A DNA stretch of 64,000 bases from a virus (lineage: Duplodnaviria > Heunggongvirae > Uroviricota > Caudoviricetes): the IMG/VR virus record IMGVR_UViG_2703718817_000003. One strand, given 5' to 3'. The notes below the pieces were generated by a model. It was not told the origin of the DNA and made no database searches. It was given only the letters and a program-made list of their open reading frames with translations. How positions within the stretch are numbered: position 1 is the stretch's first letter; each line of letters starts with the position of its first letter. Below are positions 28,785 through 38,708 of this stretch, one piece after another. The position numbers and the translations under genes are program-made.

Positions 28785-29690
28785 CTATATTTCCAGACAC
28801 CTGTTATCACTTAACCCATTACTGGCCTGCTGCCGCAGATATTCCCGTGGCGAGCGATAACCCAGTGCACTATGCGGATGCCATTCGTTATAATGCTCGA
28901 ACGCCTCTGCAAGGTTCTTTGCTGCCGTTAACCCGTCTGGTTTAGGCATGATACTGATGTAGTCACGCTTTATCGTTTTCACGAAGCTCTCTGCTATGCC
29001 GTTACTCTCCGGACTCCGCACCGCCGTGTTCTTCGGTTCAAGCCCCAACATCCGGGCAAACTGCCGTGTTTCATTAGCCCGGTAGCATGAACCATTATCC
29101 GTCAGCCACTCTACTGGAGACGCCGGAAGCTCGTTGCCGAAGCGGCGTTCCACCGCTCCCAGCATTACGTCCTGTACTGTTTCACTGTCGAAGCCGCCCG
29201 TAGTGACTGCCCAGTGCAGTGCCTCACGGTCACAGCAGTCCAGCGCGAACGTGACTCGCAGTTTTTCTCCGTTATCACAGCGGAACTCGAACCCGTCAGA
29301 GCACCATCGTTGATTGCTTTCTTTCACGGCCACTTTGCCAGTATGTGCCCGTTTCGATGGCGGTACAGCGGTTTTTCGCTCAAGCAACAGCGCATTCTGG
29401 CGCATGATCCGGTAAACACGTTTGGCATTGATCGCAGGCATACCATCAAGTTCGGCCTGTCTGCGAAGCAGCGCCCATACCCGACGATAACCATACGTGG
29501 GCAGCTCTCCGATAACATGGTGTATACGGAGAAGCACATCCGTATCATCTGAGTGACGGCTGCGGCGACCATCTTTCCAGTCATCGGTTCGTCTGAGAAT
29601 TACGTGCAACTGCGCACGCGACACCCGGAGACAACGGCTGACTAAGCTTACTCCCCATCCCCGGGCAATAAGGGCGCGTGCGCTATCCAC
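28785..29690 (-). CDS. insD: IS2 transposase OrfB (InsD), DDE integrase core
   Basis: 301 aa; IS3-family catalytic region (...[25 protein letters not shown]...[14 protein letters not shown]...). Confidence 0.85.
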   Translation of the reverse strand: MDSARALIARGWGVSLVSRCLRVSRAQLHVILRRTDDWKDGRRSRHSDDTDVLLRIHHVIGELPTYGYRRVWALLRRQAELDGMPAINAKRVYRIMRQNALLLERKTAVPPSKRAHTGKVAVKESNQRWCSDGFEFRCDNGEKLRVTFALDCCDREALHWAVTTGGFDSETVQDVMLGAVERRFGNELPASPVEWLTDNGSCYRANETRQFARMLGLEPKNTAVRSPESNGIAESFVKTIKRDYISIMPKPDGLTAAKNLAEAFEHYNEWHPHSALGYRSPREYLRQQASNGLSDNRCLEI

Positions 29691-30013
29691 TTTTTTGCAC
29701 GCCCGTATTCAACGGCTTCTTTAAGGAGTTCATTTTCCATCGTTTTTTTGCCGAGCAGGCGCTGGAGTTCTTTAATCTGCTTCATGGCAACAGCAAGTTC
29801 AGAGGCAGGAACGACCTGCTCTCCTGCGGCCACAGCAGTAAGACTTCCCTCCTGGTATTGCTTGCGCCAGAGAAATAACTGGCTGGCTGCCACACCGTGT
29901 TGCCGGGCAACAAGGGAGACCGTCATTCCCGGTTCAAAACTCTGCTGAACAATAGCGATCTTTTCCTGTGTAGTACGCCGTCTGCGTTTCTCCGGTCCTA
30001 AGACATCAATCAT
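29648..30013 (-). CDS. insC: IS2 transposase OrfA (InsC), HTH
   Basis: [53 protein letters not shown]...; start at ATG 30013 with GGAGAG Shine-Dalgarno. Confidence 0.85.
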   Translation of the reverse strand: MIDVLGPEKRRRRTTQEKIAIVQQSFEPGMTVSLVARQHGVAASQLFLWRKQYQEGSLTAVAAGEQVVPASELAVAMKQIKELQRLLGKKTMENELLKEAVEYGRAKKWIAHAPLLPGDGE

Positions 30014-30104
30014 CTGCTCTCCAATGACTAGTCTAAAAACTAGTATTAAGACTATCACTTATTTAAGTGATATTGGTTGTCTGGAGATTCAGGGGGCCAG
30101 TCTA

Positions 30105-30477
30105 CTGACATATTTTTATTTTGGAGTGCCAAGACGCGGCTGGCATCCTCTACGCCTTTAACTGCATCTGCGCAGTAGTTATAGCGATTGCATTCCACTA
30201 ACTTCTGCTTGAGATTTTCAATTGCTTGTGCGACATCAGCCTGCAATTCCGGAACTGGCGGAGTGGCATATAACGGCACCCACTTTGGTGCTTTATCCCC
30301 GACCGAACGCTGATACCAGTCACCCGGTTTGTATTCATAAAAATCACCAACTGGCTCTGCTTCCAGAGATGCCAGCGCAATTTCATAAGCACGGCGCTCA
30401 ATATTGTCTCGCACGTCCAGACTGCCTATGCGCTCTTTGATTTCTTTAATCAGTTCTTTGTCGGTTAAAGTGGTCAT
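30105..30477 (-). pseudogene. 5' portion of the gene split by IS2
   Basis: 124 native codons (MTTLTDKELIKEIKERIGSL...) then read-through into the IS2 end; see finding. Confidence 0.6.
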
Positions 30478-30487
30478 AAATTATGCC

Positions 30488-31021
30488 TCAGTTGTATCCG
30501 ATTGGATTAACCGCAACAATAACGCCATCCGCGAACAAATCTTTAATGAGGTGTTCGCTCGGCTCGCCTTTTTCGTACTCTTCAATAAGGTAAGTGTCTC
30601 CATCCTCATTGATATAAACTGGAAGAATGGAACCGTTGATGAAGTAGGTTCCGTTGTTATCGAGGATTTTTGCCTCGGCGATTTGTTTTTTGGTAAAACG
30701 ATCTTCTTTTTTCAAAGTTGCCATATCTGTTTCCTTATGTGGGTTAATTTTATTGTGTAGCTTCCTGAATGGGGTCCACACTATATCGATATACAGTTCA
30801 ACTAACGGTTCAAATACTTTCCCCATTAGAACAGTCACTAATATTGAGGCTATTGGTATCAGCAACACGAAAAACAGAATGATAAACAGCAATTCTAGTG
30901 CTCTACTCTTTCGCGGATATTCTTTTCTGAATAAAGTGGGCATTTCCTCCCCATTAAATGCCTCAATGATTTCTCCAGTGTTTTGCGCTGCACCTGAATT
31001 ATCTTTAAATCCTTCTTTCAT
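30488..31021 (-). CDS. membrane protein, hypothetical
   Basis: 177 aa with one strong transmembrane segment (LLFIILFFVLLIPIASILVTVLMG). Confidence 0.45.
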   Translation of the reverse strand: MKEGFKDNSGAAQNTGEIIEAFNGEEMPTLFRKEYPRKSRALELLFIILFFVLLIPIASILVTVLMGKVFEPLVELYIDIVWTPFRKLHNKINPHKETDMATLKKEDRFTKKQIAEAKILDNNGTYFINGSILPVYINEDGDTYLIEEYEKGEPSEHLIKDLFADGVIVAVNPIGYN

Positions 31022-31716
31022 CGTTTGCTATCTTCCTCACACCCAAGATATGAAAGAGATGTAATTGCTTTTGCACGGAAACCACCAACCTTGCTAAGTG
31101 CGCTTTTAAGTGCGTCAAGGTCAGATTGTGATTTGATCATGAAAGTTAACCGCGCAATTCCAGACATAGAGTCAGAACCATTCACTGCGTTGTAGTGATA
31201 TATGTATCGGGTGACTGATTGAGTCACGCCCTCCTGCTGGTGGTTTATATTGGCGTCCTGTCTTGTGTTGGCCTGCTCCAACTCTTCGATACGTTCAGCC
31301 ATCGCAGCACACTCTTCAAAGTTGCTTAATGCTTTTCGCTCCGATTCAGCGCATTGTTTTTCCAGTTCTGCTATGCGCTTACCTCCATCCGCGATTACTC
31401 CCTCGTAATGCTCGCGCTGCTCGTTGAGTTTTGATTTTGCCGACTCCAGTTGTTTTGTTAGTTCCACAATACGGCAAACATCGTTGATACGCGTTTCCTC
31501 TAATGCGTTGATCTCATCCAGTAGTGCCAAAGCAACCTTGGGATTAAAGGCAGCAATAAATTCAGCGTTGTTTTTCAGAACGTGTTGCGCAATGGCCTGA
31601 CTACTTAGTCGGACCTCATAACCACGTGCGCCACGGTGTGGTTTATATGAGTCCCAGTCTCCCCACGTTGCTTTCACTGCCGCCTCACGCAGTGCCTGGT
31701 AATTAATTTCGCTCAC
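31018..31716 (-). CDS. Ead/Ea22-like coiled-coil protein
   Basis: GTG start; N-terminus [15 protein letters not shown] shared with the 31703 and 37245 paralogs; coiled-coil centre. Confidence 0.55.
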   Translation of the reverse strand: MSEINYQALREAAVKATWGDWDSYKPHRGARGYEVRLSSQAIAQHVLKNNAEFIAAFNPKVALALLDEINALEETRINDVCRIVELTKQLESAKSKLNEQREHYEGVIADGGKRIAELEKQCAESERKALSNFEECAAMAERIEELEQANTRQDANINHQQEGVTQSVTRYIYHYNAVNGSDSMSGIARLTFMIKSQSDLDALKSALSKVGGFRAKAITSLSYLGCEEDSKR

Positions 31717-32161
31717 TGGTTGCCTCCTTATTAATCAGTTTATACAGGTGCACCACAGTCACAGAGAGTGCATCCATCGCTCGTTTATCCAGGCGCGGGG
31801 CCAGAGCAACCAGTTCATTTATTGCAATCTGAATACGCTGCTCCGCCGCCAGCGTCGCGCGATTGCTCTCCAGTTCTGCAATTCGGCACATGGCATCAAT
31901 ATTTGCGTCTTCCAGGCGCTTAATTTCGCCCAGTAGCGCCAGCGCAACTTTTGGTGGGATAGCCGCGATATAACGGGCATTGGCACCAGCGTTTCTCAGC
32001 CCATCAATACCAGGCCAGTCAATAAAGTATCCGCAATGCCTACCCTCAGACGTGCGCGCAGGATAAATGCCGTTATGACCCGGCAAAATATATGCTACCC
32101 ATTCATCTTGCGTTGCCTGTTCCGCCGCCTCGCGCAGTTCTTGATAGTTAATTTTGATCAC
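31703..32161 (-). CDS. Ead/Ea22-like coiled-coil protein
   Basis: GTG start; N-terminus IKINYQELREAAEQA; coiled coil CRIAELESNRATLAAE. Confidence 0.55.
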   Translation of the reverse strand: MIKINYQELREAAEQATQDEWVAYILPGHNGIYPARTSEGRHCGYFIDWPGIDGLRNAGANARYIAAIPPKVALALLGEIKRLEDANIDAMCRIAELESNRATLAAEQRIQIAINELVALAPRLDKRAMDALSVTVVHLYKLINKEATSERN

Positions 32162-32414
32162 TGGTTGCCTCCGCTTCCCACGTTTTCAGACTTTCACCAC
32201 AGAACGGGCAAAATGAAATTCGAATCGGCGATTTAGAAAACTCGCCTGACCGCAGCATGATCAGGTCTTGTGAATGAATTAATGCATGGTTATAGATTTT
32301 GTATTTCAGCAGACCTTTTCGCGTCGTGTATTCAGCGTCATGTTCCAGGGATTGCGTCAACGCCGCGCACGGTTCTATCTTGTTGCCATTAATTTGGCAT
32401 TTTGACTCACTCAC
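32148..32414 (-). CDS. small zinc-ribbon-like protein
   Basis: Start placed at GTG 32414 after GGAGG (SESKCQINGNK...); C-terminal CPFCGESL plus upstream Cys residues. Confidence 0.4.
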   Translation of the reverse strand: MSESKCQINGNKIEPCAALTQSLEHDAEYTTRKGLLKYKIYNHALIHSQDLIMLRSGEFSKSPIRISFCPFCGESLKTWEAEATSDQN

Positions 32415-32650
32415 TGGTTGCCTCCTTTGCGGAGTTGCGCTGCGATGCACGAAAAAAAAGACTCCCGAGTATGACAGTTAAGAGCTGGTGCGAACGCCGC
32501 GTTAAGAACGGCGGCATCACAGCCGTCATCAATATAGAGCGCAATTTTTTTCTCCAGGCGCGCTTTGGCTTCCTGCAACTGCATACCCCGGCACGCACGC
32601 GGGATATAATCAGCAATTTGAGCGATAGCTTTTTCGTTCTGTTTAAACAT
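32411..32650 (-). CDS. hypothetical protein ending in QLRKGGNQ
   Basis: 79 aa; C-terminus [10 protein letters not shown] shared with the 36213 and 37727 proteins; stop overlaps downstream GTG (GTGA). Confidence 0.45.
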   Translation of the reverse strand: MFKQNEKAIAQIADYIPRACRGMQLQEAKARLEKKIALYIDDGCDAAVLNAAFAPALNCHTRESFFSCIAAQLRKGGNQ

Positions 32651-32846
32651 GCTTCACCTCGATAGGCTTGATGGTGTCTAACAGCAGTCGGCGGCGCGTA
32701 TTTTCTGCAAAATGGCGGCGTCCAGTTTCTTTGTGGTAAAACTCGTTTTTGCCAACGACCCACATCCGCTCTGTTTGGTGCAGTTTTTTTACCTGCGGGC
32801 CATCTTTGGTGATCACGGTACCGGTATGGGTTTTTACGATTGTCAT
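32643..32846 (-). CDS. hypothetical small protein
   Basis: 67 aa ORF, 8-nt overlap with downstream gene. Confidence 0.4.
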   Translation of the reverse strand: MTIVKTHTGTVITKDGPQVKKLHQTERMWVVGKNEFYHKETGRRHFAENTRRRLLLDTIKPIEVKHV

Positions 32847-32895
32847 GCCACTACCTATTCGAACAGATGAACGAGATTTGATGCATACTCACGGT

Positions 32896-33624
32896 TTATT
32901 CCTGAATGCGCTTAAACTCGATTACCCACACCCAGGGATTAGCGTTCCAGCTTTCTTCACCATAGATGGATTCCCACAGGCGCTGGAACGCAACCTTGGC
33001 CATTGCGAAATCCCCCTTGGGAGTAAGGAATGTTCCCGGGTGATCAGGGAGCAAACTTCCAGCAGGCGGAACGCCCTCATCCCTTGCATCGCATTCGCTG
33101 ATATCGTTCAACCGCTCAACGCGCACGTTGGTAATTTCCAACAGGATGCGTGATGCCCATCGCGGCATGTGAATTGATGGACGCCACCCACCATCAAACT
33201 TTTCATTCACAGTGTGAGGTTTCCAGTCGGCATCATCGGGTATCGACCATAAACCGTAATCACCAGGCTTTTGCTCACAACTGGCCCGATAAATCCTTGC
33301 TGCGTTCTTCTCATCGCCACGACAAAGGTTGTCGTTCCAGTCCACACTGCAACCATCTTCATTGCCTAATATCGCCCATGTTTCACGAACCCAAATTCGA
33401 TCGCCGACGATACCAAAGGGGCAATTGAAAACACTGCTTACACCATCAGCCCCGTACCACTGAAAACCTGCACCAATTTCCCTAACCATCACTGGTGCTT
33501 CTGGACCAACTTCCGCAGGCTGATTTTTCATTATCCGCCGCGTCTGCGTTTTCCTTCCTTCGAGGATGGCTCGGACCATCTCATCGTTAAAAATCATCCC
33601 GCGTTCTTTCATTTTTTGATCCAC
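32896..33624 (-). CDS. ASCH-like domain protein (hypothetical)
   Basis: 242 aa; N-terminal FNDEMVRAILEGRKTQTRR resembles the ASCH/PUA-like signature (ILxGxKTxTxR). Confidence 0.45.
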   Translation of the reverse strand: MDQKMKERGMIFNDEMVRAILEGRKTQTRRIMKNQPAEVGPEAPVMVREIGAGFQWYGADGVSSVFNCPFGIVGDRIWVRETWAILGNEDGCSVDWNDNLCRGDEKNAARIYRASCEQKPGDYGLWSIPDDADWKPHTVNEKFDGGWRPSIHMPRWASRILLEITNVRVERLNDISECDARDEGVPPAGSLLPDHPGTFLTPKGDFAMAKVAFQRLWESIYGEESWNANPWVWVIEFKRIQE

Positions 33625-33628
33625 ACCA

Positions 33629-34624
33629 TCAGTTATTGAACGTGATCACTCCGCGCTCGATGGCGAAGTCGAAAAGCTGGTTGGCGGCTACGTAAAGGCG
33701 TATGCCATGTGCTTTTTCCCATGCCCGGACATCGTTTTCTGCGCTTCTGGCGCATTCATCGCAAAGAGGAACGGCCCAGCGATCGTGTTCGTTTAACGAG
33801 CGGGCGCGGTACATGAACGGGTGATTAACTTTGCCTCCGCATCCGATGCACGGACGAGAAATCACAAACCGGAGATAAGCCGGGCTTTTACCGAGAACCG
33901 CTTTTGGTCGGCGCATATACAGCAGGCCGGAATCCTCATCTACAGACAGGTTGACGATCTGCTCTGCGGTTATGTCCACCAGCTCACGGGTGCTGTGCTC
34001 CCAGGTGATATCCGATTCTTTCAGTGTGCCGGTAGGGATTTCCTGTTTTGGCTGACAAAATGCAATGCGACCGGCTTCATCTGGCAGCTCGTCTTTCAGA
34101 TTCCGGCGAATGGCCCAAAAAGTGAGTTCAACCATGCTCAGATCGCGTTCTGGCGGTAGTTTTAACTCGCTCGCAGCCCAGTTCATAACCCAGTTGGCAC
34201 GATTCAGGGATAACTGGTCATCCAGCTTGCCGTACCCCTTCATCATGTATTCCGCATCATGCTTCCAGCACAGGCGAACGGCAGAGCCGTTATAGAAATG
34301 AGTGGTTAGCTGGTGGCTGCAATCGCGCTTATCGTGCGCCTGGCAATCGTGGATATTGGAACTTACCCAATGAACAAGCGAATCTTCACCGCCTAATGCG
34401 TTAAATACGCGCTCGCTTTGAAAAAATGCTTTCAGAGACTGGTTGGCAACCAGCGAATAGTTCAGATCCACTACGCCATCTGGCGTGTTTTCAGCCTGTT
34501 CGCGCGGAAGTGGAGAGATAATGAAACGGCGACCTGCGCCAATGTAGTTGCTGGTGGGCTTGTCTACCGGAAAGACAGCCACACCAGCTCCGTTTACGAA
34601 ATGAGGTGTGATTATTGCACTCAT
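33629..34624 (-). CDS. hypothetical protein with C-terminal Cys cluster
   Basis: 331 aa; CIGCGG...PLCDEC suggests a zinc-binding module; first gene downstream of an operator-like palindrome. Confidence 0.5.
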   Translation of the reverse strand: MSAIITPHFVNGAGVAVFPVDKPTSNYIGAGRRFIISPLPREQAENTPDGVVDLNYSLVANQSLKAFFQSERVFNALGGEDSLVHWVSSNIHDCQAHDKRDCSHQLTTHFYNGSAVRLCWKHDAEYMMKGYGKLDDQLSLNRANWVMNWAASELKLPPERDLSMVELTFWAIRRNLKDELPDEAGRIAFCQPKQEIPTGTLKESDITWEHSTRELVDITAEQIVNLSVDEDSGLLYMRRPKAVLGKSPAYLRFVISRPCIGCGGKVNHPFMYRARSLNEHDRWAVPLCDECARSAENDVRAWEKAHGIRLYVAANQLFDFAIERGVITFNN

Positions 34625-34665
34625 AATGTATACCGACTCTGTTTTGTTCCGAGCGGTAAAATAAT

Positions 34666-34697
34666 ATGTTAGAAAATTAAAATCAATATTCTAACAC
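34666..34697. promoter_or_regulatory. Inverted pair of operator-like motifs (ATGTTAGAAAATTAA ... ATATTCTAACAC)
   Basis: In the gap between the ppp gene stop and the 33629-34624 gene start. Confidence 0.5.
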
Positions 34698-34728
34698 GGT
34701 TTTGAGTGCATAAACGATGTGTTCAGGA

Positions 34729-35445
34729 TTACGGCTGGCCTCCCTTCACCTGCTTTAGCGTCAGATTTCCGCAAAAAACCGCGCCAGTGTCTATGTAGTG
34801 CTGGTTCCAGAAAGATTTCGGGCTGTTTACTGGCGTATGCCCGAAAATAAAGCTATCTGCACCAGTGATCATTCCACCAACACCATCAACCGCGTCATAA
34901 AATCGCTCACGCCGCCAGGTAACATTGAGATCGCTAACAGGTTTACCAAACTGGTATTCGTTATCAGGATAGTCGGCATGGGCTATAACGATAGTTTCAT
35001 GCCCGGTGTTCAACTCAATGATATAGGGTAAACGTCTTACCAGCTCCACCAGCGCCCTGGCTAATATTTCCCGATCAGCGTCCAGCATGAAGAACCATTG
35101 GCCGCCATTCATTAGCCAGTTATTCACGTTGCCTGCGGGGCTTAACGCATCGATCATTAATCGCTCGTGGTTTCCCATAACCGACCGAAACCAGGGCATC
35201 TGCAATAGCTCCAGGCATTCAACATTTTCGGTGCCGCGATCGATAAGGTCGCCAACCGATATCAGTAAATCCTGTGTCGGGTCAAAGTCCACACGATGAA
35301 GTTCAGACATCAATCTGGTGTAGCAACCATGCAGATCACCAACAACCCATATGTTTCTGTAGCCTGAACCATCAATACTGCTATATAAATTCACTTCATG
35401 CAGCGCCTGGGTCATGCGGCAACCTTCTCCCGCAGCCAGATACAA
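34729..35445 (-). CDS. ppp: Ser/Thr protein phosphatase (lambda PPase/calcineurin-like; P1 Ppp-like)
   Basis: 238 aa; metallophosphatase motifs GDLHG, GDLIDRG, GNHE. Confidence 0.8.
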   Translation of the reverse strand: MYLAAGEGCRMTQALHEVNLYSSIDGSGYRNIWVVGDLHGCYTRLMSELHRVDFDPTQDLLISVGDLIDRGTENVECLELLQMPWFRSVMGNHERLMIDALSPAGNVNNWLMNGGQWFFMLDADREILARALVELVRRLPYIIELNTGHETIVIAHADYPDNEYQFGKPVSDLNVTWRRERFYDAVDGVGGMITGADSFIFGHTPVNSPKSFWNQHYIDTGAVFCGNLTLKQVKGGQP

Positions 35446-35723
35446 ACCGGGCCATCTTCAGTGTCATGAATAGAGCCAACAAACCATCCTTCGCCCTCTG
35501 GTCGCTCTGGTTCCCAGGCGGCAATATCGGGACCATCTGCGTCCAGATTAAAATGATCTTCATCCATACTGCGAATAGTCCACTGAAGATTATTTTCCTT
35601 CATCCAGGCGTCAAATTCCTCAGTGGATATATATTCACGACCTGCGCAAAACTTTTCATACTCCGGATGTGTCCAGCAGCCATATTCATCACGTTCTACC
35701 GGCATTTCTTTAATGATGCTCAC
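35412..35723 (-). CDS. hypothetical protein
   Basis: 103 aa ORF in operon context. Confidence 0.4.
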   Translation of the reverse strand: MSIIKEMPVERDEYGCWTHPEYEKFCAGREYISTEEFDAWMKENNLQWTIRSMDEDHFNLDADGPDIAAWEPERPEGEGWFVGSIHDTEDGPVCIWLREKVAA

Positions 35724-35944
35724 TCTTCATCCTCCAAGTCGGCAACGGCCTCCATCACATCAGAACCGCGAATAACCTCAAAAGCACGGCAGGCCATTTC
35801 AAACACCTGTTGTTCTTGCGGATGCGGTGACTCCCAATACTTAAAACCAGGTCGATGCTCGTAACCCAACATGGAATAAAAATCGCCAGCAAGCTCAATC
35901 GCGGCATCAACAAGTTCGCGATTTGTCATCGTCTGTTCTGTCAT
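35720..35944 (-). CDS. hypothetical protein
   Basis: 74 aa ORF; 4-nt overlaps with both neighbours. Confidence 0.4.
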   Translation of the reverse strand: MTEQTMTNRELVDAAIELAGDFYSMLGYEHRPGFKYWESPHPQEQQVFEMACRAFEVIRGSDVMEAVADLEDEE

Positions 35945-36216
35945 TTTGTTTTCTCCTGTCTGAACATCACTATCATCAGGTCGCCTTTTGTCGCTATCCT
36001 GGCTGTTGTACCTGGTTCAATGCGGCTAAGCTCAAATGCGTCATAGAACGCTTCTAATGCCTTCTGGCGTAGTTCCTGTTTGCGCCGTTTTTTCCACTGT
36101 TTCAGGAAAATGGAACCCAGCCATCGCCATGTACGGGACATGATGTAAAGCCAACCGAGAAGTGCCAGACCGGTATTTAGGAGCGTATCGATCGTTATTG
36201 TCGTGTCGATATTCAC
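35941..36216 (-). CDS. small membrane protein
   Basis: 91 aa; GTG start in the conserved GGAGGCAGCCAGTGA junction; hydrophobic N-terminal half. Confidence 0.45.
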   Translation of the reverse strand: MNIDTTITIDTLLNTGLALLGWLYIMSRTWRWLGSIFLKQWKKRRKQELRQKALEAFYDAFELSRIEPGTTARIATKGDLMIVMFRQEKTK

Positions 36217-36923
36217 TGGCTGCCTCCTTTGCGAAGCTGTTCAGCAATACTTACGCATATCTCTGCGCCTCTAATCAGCCCCGGAACGTTCTTGTTTGGC
36301 CCAACTTCACCATCGACAAAATCAATCATCGCGTTACGAGCCATATCCACGCCCTGCGCACGTACTTCAGCCAGGAAAGCATCGGTGGCTGGGGTATCAA
36401 CACGGATACTGTCGCGCAAGATGAAAAATGCATTGAGCATTCCAGTCTCTGGCACTTCATCCTGATGCTTCTCATACGCATCAAGAGCCTTCATCATCTC
36501 AGCTCCGAATGGTTGAGGGTGCACAGACTTCAGCTCCGCATTCTCCGCCGCCAGCACCGCGCGTTCGCTCTCCAGTTCTGTAATGCGCCGTCTTGCAGCA
36601 TCCAGTTCAATCGACAATTTTCCCAACTGCTCTTTATGCTTCTTGTATTCCTGATATGCGTGCCAAGACTGACCTTTGCGCACACTATCCGTGATATCAG
36701 TAATCTGTTCTGGTGTTAGCGTGGTCAGTGGCTGTGCTGGGAAAATCAGCACTTTCCCGGCATCCCAATCAAAACCCACCTGAATTGACTGAACCTCAAC
36801 TGATGGTGTTGAACCGATGCGACCAGGCGAATGAACAACGATCGTTACATCCATATCGCGACGATGGCTGTGGTTGTTGGACAAAATACGATTCACCAAC
36901 TCAGAAAATTTGGAAAATTTCAT
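36213..36923 (-). CDS. Ea22-like coiled-coil protein ending in QLRKGGSQ
   Basis: Start placed at ATG 36923 ([10 protein letters not shown]...), overlapping the upstream stop (ATGA); coiled coil [30 protein letters not shown]. Confidence 0.5.
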   Translation of the reverse strand: MKFSKFSELVNRILSNNHSHRRDMDVTIVVHSPGRIGSTPSVEVQSIQVGFDWDAGKVLIFPAQPLTTLTPEQITDITDSVRKGQSWHAYQEYKKHKEQLGKLSIELDAARRRITELESERAVLAAENAELKSVHPQPFGAEMMKALDAYEKHQDEVPETGMLNAFFILRDSIRVDTPATDAFLAEVRAQGVDMARNAMIDFVDGEVGPNKNVPGLIRGAEICVSIAEQLRKGGSQ

Positions 36924-37276
36924 GCTGATTCCCTTTGCTCTTCCAGGATAATGTTGTTGCAATCTTTCACGCACTCGTTGCAGATGAAAACGTTGTCCCC
37001 GGCAATTAACTTTTTAACGGTGTGCTGGGATTTGTTGCAGAAGCTGCAATAAAGCGTTGGACTGGCTGATACGGATGGTGCGCCAGATGTCAGCCGCGCG
37101 ATGTCGTTCTTGCGACGCAATATCACACGGCTGCACTCGACCAGCATCTCCGGGGATATATCCTCCTCCGTGGCGAGCGCCTCCAGACGTTCGAGCAAGC
37201 GAAATACTTTTTCCCGGGTGATTGCAGAATGCGATGTGGTCATCTCACTCTCCTTTGAGGCGAATGCCTGTTGCAA
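36920..37276 (-). CDS. ClpX-type zinc-finger domain protein
   Basis: 118 aa; C-terminal [26 protein letters not shown] matches the ClpX zinc-finger pattern. Confidence 0.5.
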   Translation of the reverse strand: MQQAFASKESEMTTSHSAITREKVFRLLERLEALATEEDISPEMLVECSRVILRRKNDIARLTSGAPSVSASPTLYCSFCNKSQHTVKKLIAGDNVFICNECVKDCNNIILEEQRESA

Positions 37277-37730
37277 TGCTGTTTATGATGCTGTCAGTGC
37301 ATGGGGTAGAAAGCTGGGCATCTCCAGCAATTTTCATGACCTCAACATCTGCATATCGAATACCGAGGTGTATCAGACCGGCTATGCCTGACTTAAGCCG
37401 AGCATTTTCCATAAATAGAACCTTTGCCCGCTGTTTTTCTGCTTCAAGCTCAACGCGCAGCTTCCCTACCGTTAGCGCAATATCCTCGTTCTCCTGGTCG
37501 CGGCGTTTGATGTATTGCTGGTTTCTTTCCCGTTCATCCAGTAGTGCCAGCACGGTTTCTGGTCCGGCCAGAAATTTGAAGGCGTTGAGCGCATCAATAT
37601 CCACACCGTAATCTTTAAGTTCCTGTTCACTTAACAAATCATCATCAGCTGGCAACATTAACAGGCGTTCCATTGCTGGAATTGCACGTTCCGCCGCCTC
37701 ACGCAGTGCCTGGTAATTAATTTCGCTCAC
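37245..37730 (-). CDS. Ead/Ea22-like protein
   Basis: GTG start overlapping upstream stop; first ~50 bp of gene plus junction identical to the 31018-31716 paralog. Confidence 0.55.
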   Translation of the reverse strand: MSEINYQALREAAERAIPAMERLLMLPADDDLLSEQELKDYGVDIDALNAFKFLAGPETVLALLDERERNQQYIKRRDQENEDIALTVGKLRVELEAEKQRAKVLFMENARLKSGIAGLIHLGIRYADVEVMKIAGDAQLSTPCTDSIINSIATGIRLKGE

Positions 37731-38401
37731 TGGTTGCCTCCTTTGCGAAGCTGGGCAGCGAACCTATCAGCTGCATCCGCGCAAGCAGAAGCAACGGAAT
37801 CAAAAAATGGATCATCTCCTGTATCGCGCATCGTCAAAGCGAATGCCTCCACCCCTTGTGCCTGTATTTCTACAAGGGATGCCTTAGATGTAGTGCTTTT
37901 CGCCTCGCCTAATTCGTTATGAGCGATGTTCGCTATACATGCGATGTCTATATCTGGATGATTAATTGGGCAATGGCTAAGAATTGCCTCAAGTGCTGCT
38001 TTTTTGCTTTGGCATTCCGCCACCAGCGCCCCGCAATTGCTTTCCAGCTCTGCAATACACTTTTTAGCGGCCTCCAGCTCAACACGCAGATTCTCAAGCG
38101 TTAGAGCCTTCTCCACGTTCTCGTCCAGCAGTTCAATCACATCAGGATCGCTACCATCAACTACTGATATGCGCGAATTTTTGTAATGCTCGTCAGCATA
38201 AGTTCGTCCAGTTTTGAAGCATCCGTCATCCTCCATGCCGGAACAGGCATAAACAACATGTGATCCAGATATGCGCTGCATTGACATTTCCTCGCCACAA
38301 ACAGGGCATTTAGGCGCTGGTTTCGGTGAATAACGTTCACGTAACGGATAGTAAAGCTCGATCTCCGCCAGTTGCTCTGGCGTTAAACCTTCAGACTTCA
38401 T
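37727..38401 (-). CDS. zinc-ribbon / coiled-coil protein ending in QLRKGGNQ
   Basis: 224 aa; N-terminal CPVCGEE...C...C ribbon; coiled coil; shared C-terminal domain. Confidence 0.5.
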   Translation of the reverse strand: MKSEGLTPEQLAEIELYYPLRERYSPKPAPKCPVCGEEMSMQRISGSHVVYACSGMEDDGCFKTGRTYADEHYKNSRISVVDGSDPDVIELLDENVEKALTLENLRVELEAAKKCIAELESNCGALVAECQSKKAALEAILSHCPINHPDIDIACIANIAHNELGEAKSTTSKASLVEIQAQGVEAFALTMRDTGDDPFFDSVASACADAADRFAAQLRKGGNQ

Positions 38402-38708
38402 GTACTCTCCTTTCGAAATAAACGTACTGATTAATCATTCCCAGGGGCATTTCGAGTTTTTCTGCGATCTCACGGCGGGGAACACCACACTGATGAAGCT
38501 GCCGCGCCAGTTCTATATCGCTCTGCCGGTATTTGGCTGACTGGTGAAAGTCTCCTTTCAGAATCATGCTGATCCGCAGTTGCCGCGCTTTAGTCCTGAC
38601 AGCACCACCGGTACGCCCGATCAGTCTCCCAATACCCTCGACTGTCATAGTCCCGGCGCACTGGCGGAGCATCATGATTTCTGCCCTTCCCCATCCCCGC
38701 CAGCTCAC
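38391..38708 (-). CDS. helix-turn-helix protein (hypothetical regulator)
   Basis: 105 aa; two HTH-like segments. Confidence 0.45.
   Translation of the reverse strand: MSWRGWGRAEIMMLRQCAGTMTVEGIGRLIGRTGGAVRTKARQLRISMILKGDFHQSAKYRQSDIELARQLHQCGVPRREIAEKLEMPLGMINQYVYFERRVHEV

Larger units (their letters stand above)
28774..30104 (-). mobile_element. IS2: IS2 (IS3 family), 1331 bp, with 5-bp target site duplication CTGAC
   Basis: Ends TGGATTTGCCCCTATATTTCCAGACA (28774) and GGTTGTCTGGAGATTCAGGGGGCCAGTCTA (30104); encodes InsC/InsD; CTGAC at 28769-28773 and 30105-30109. Confidence 0.9.
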
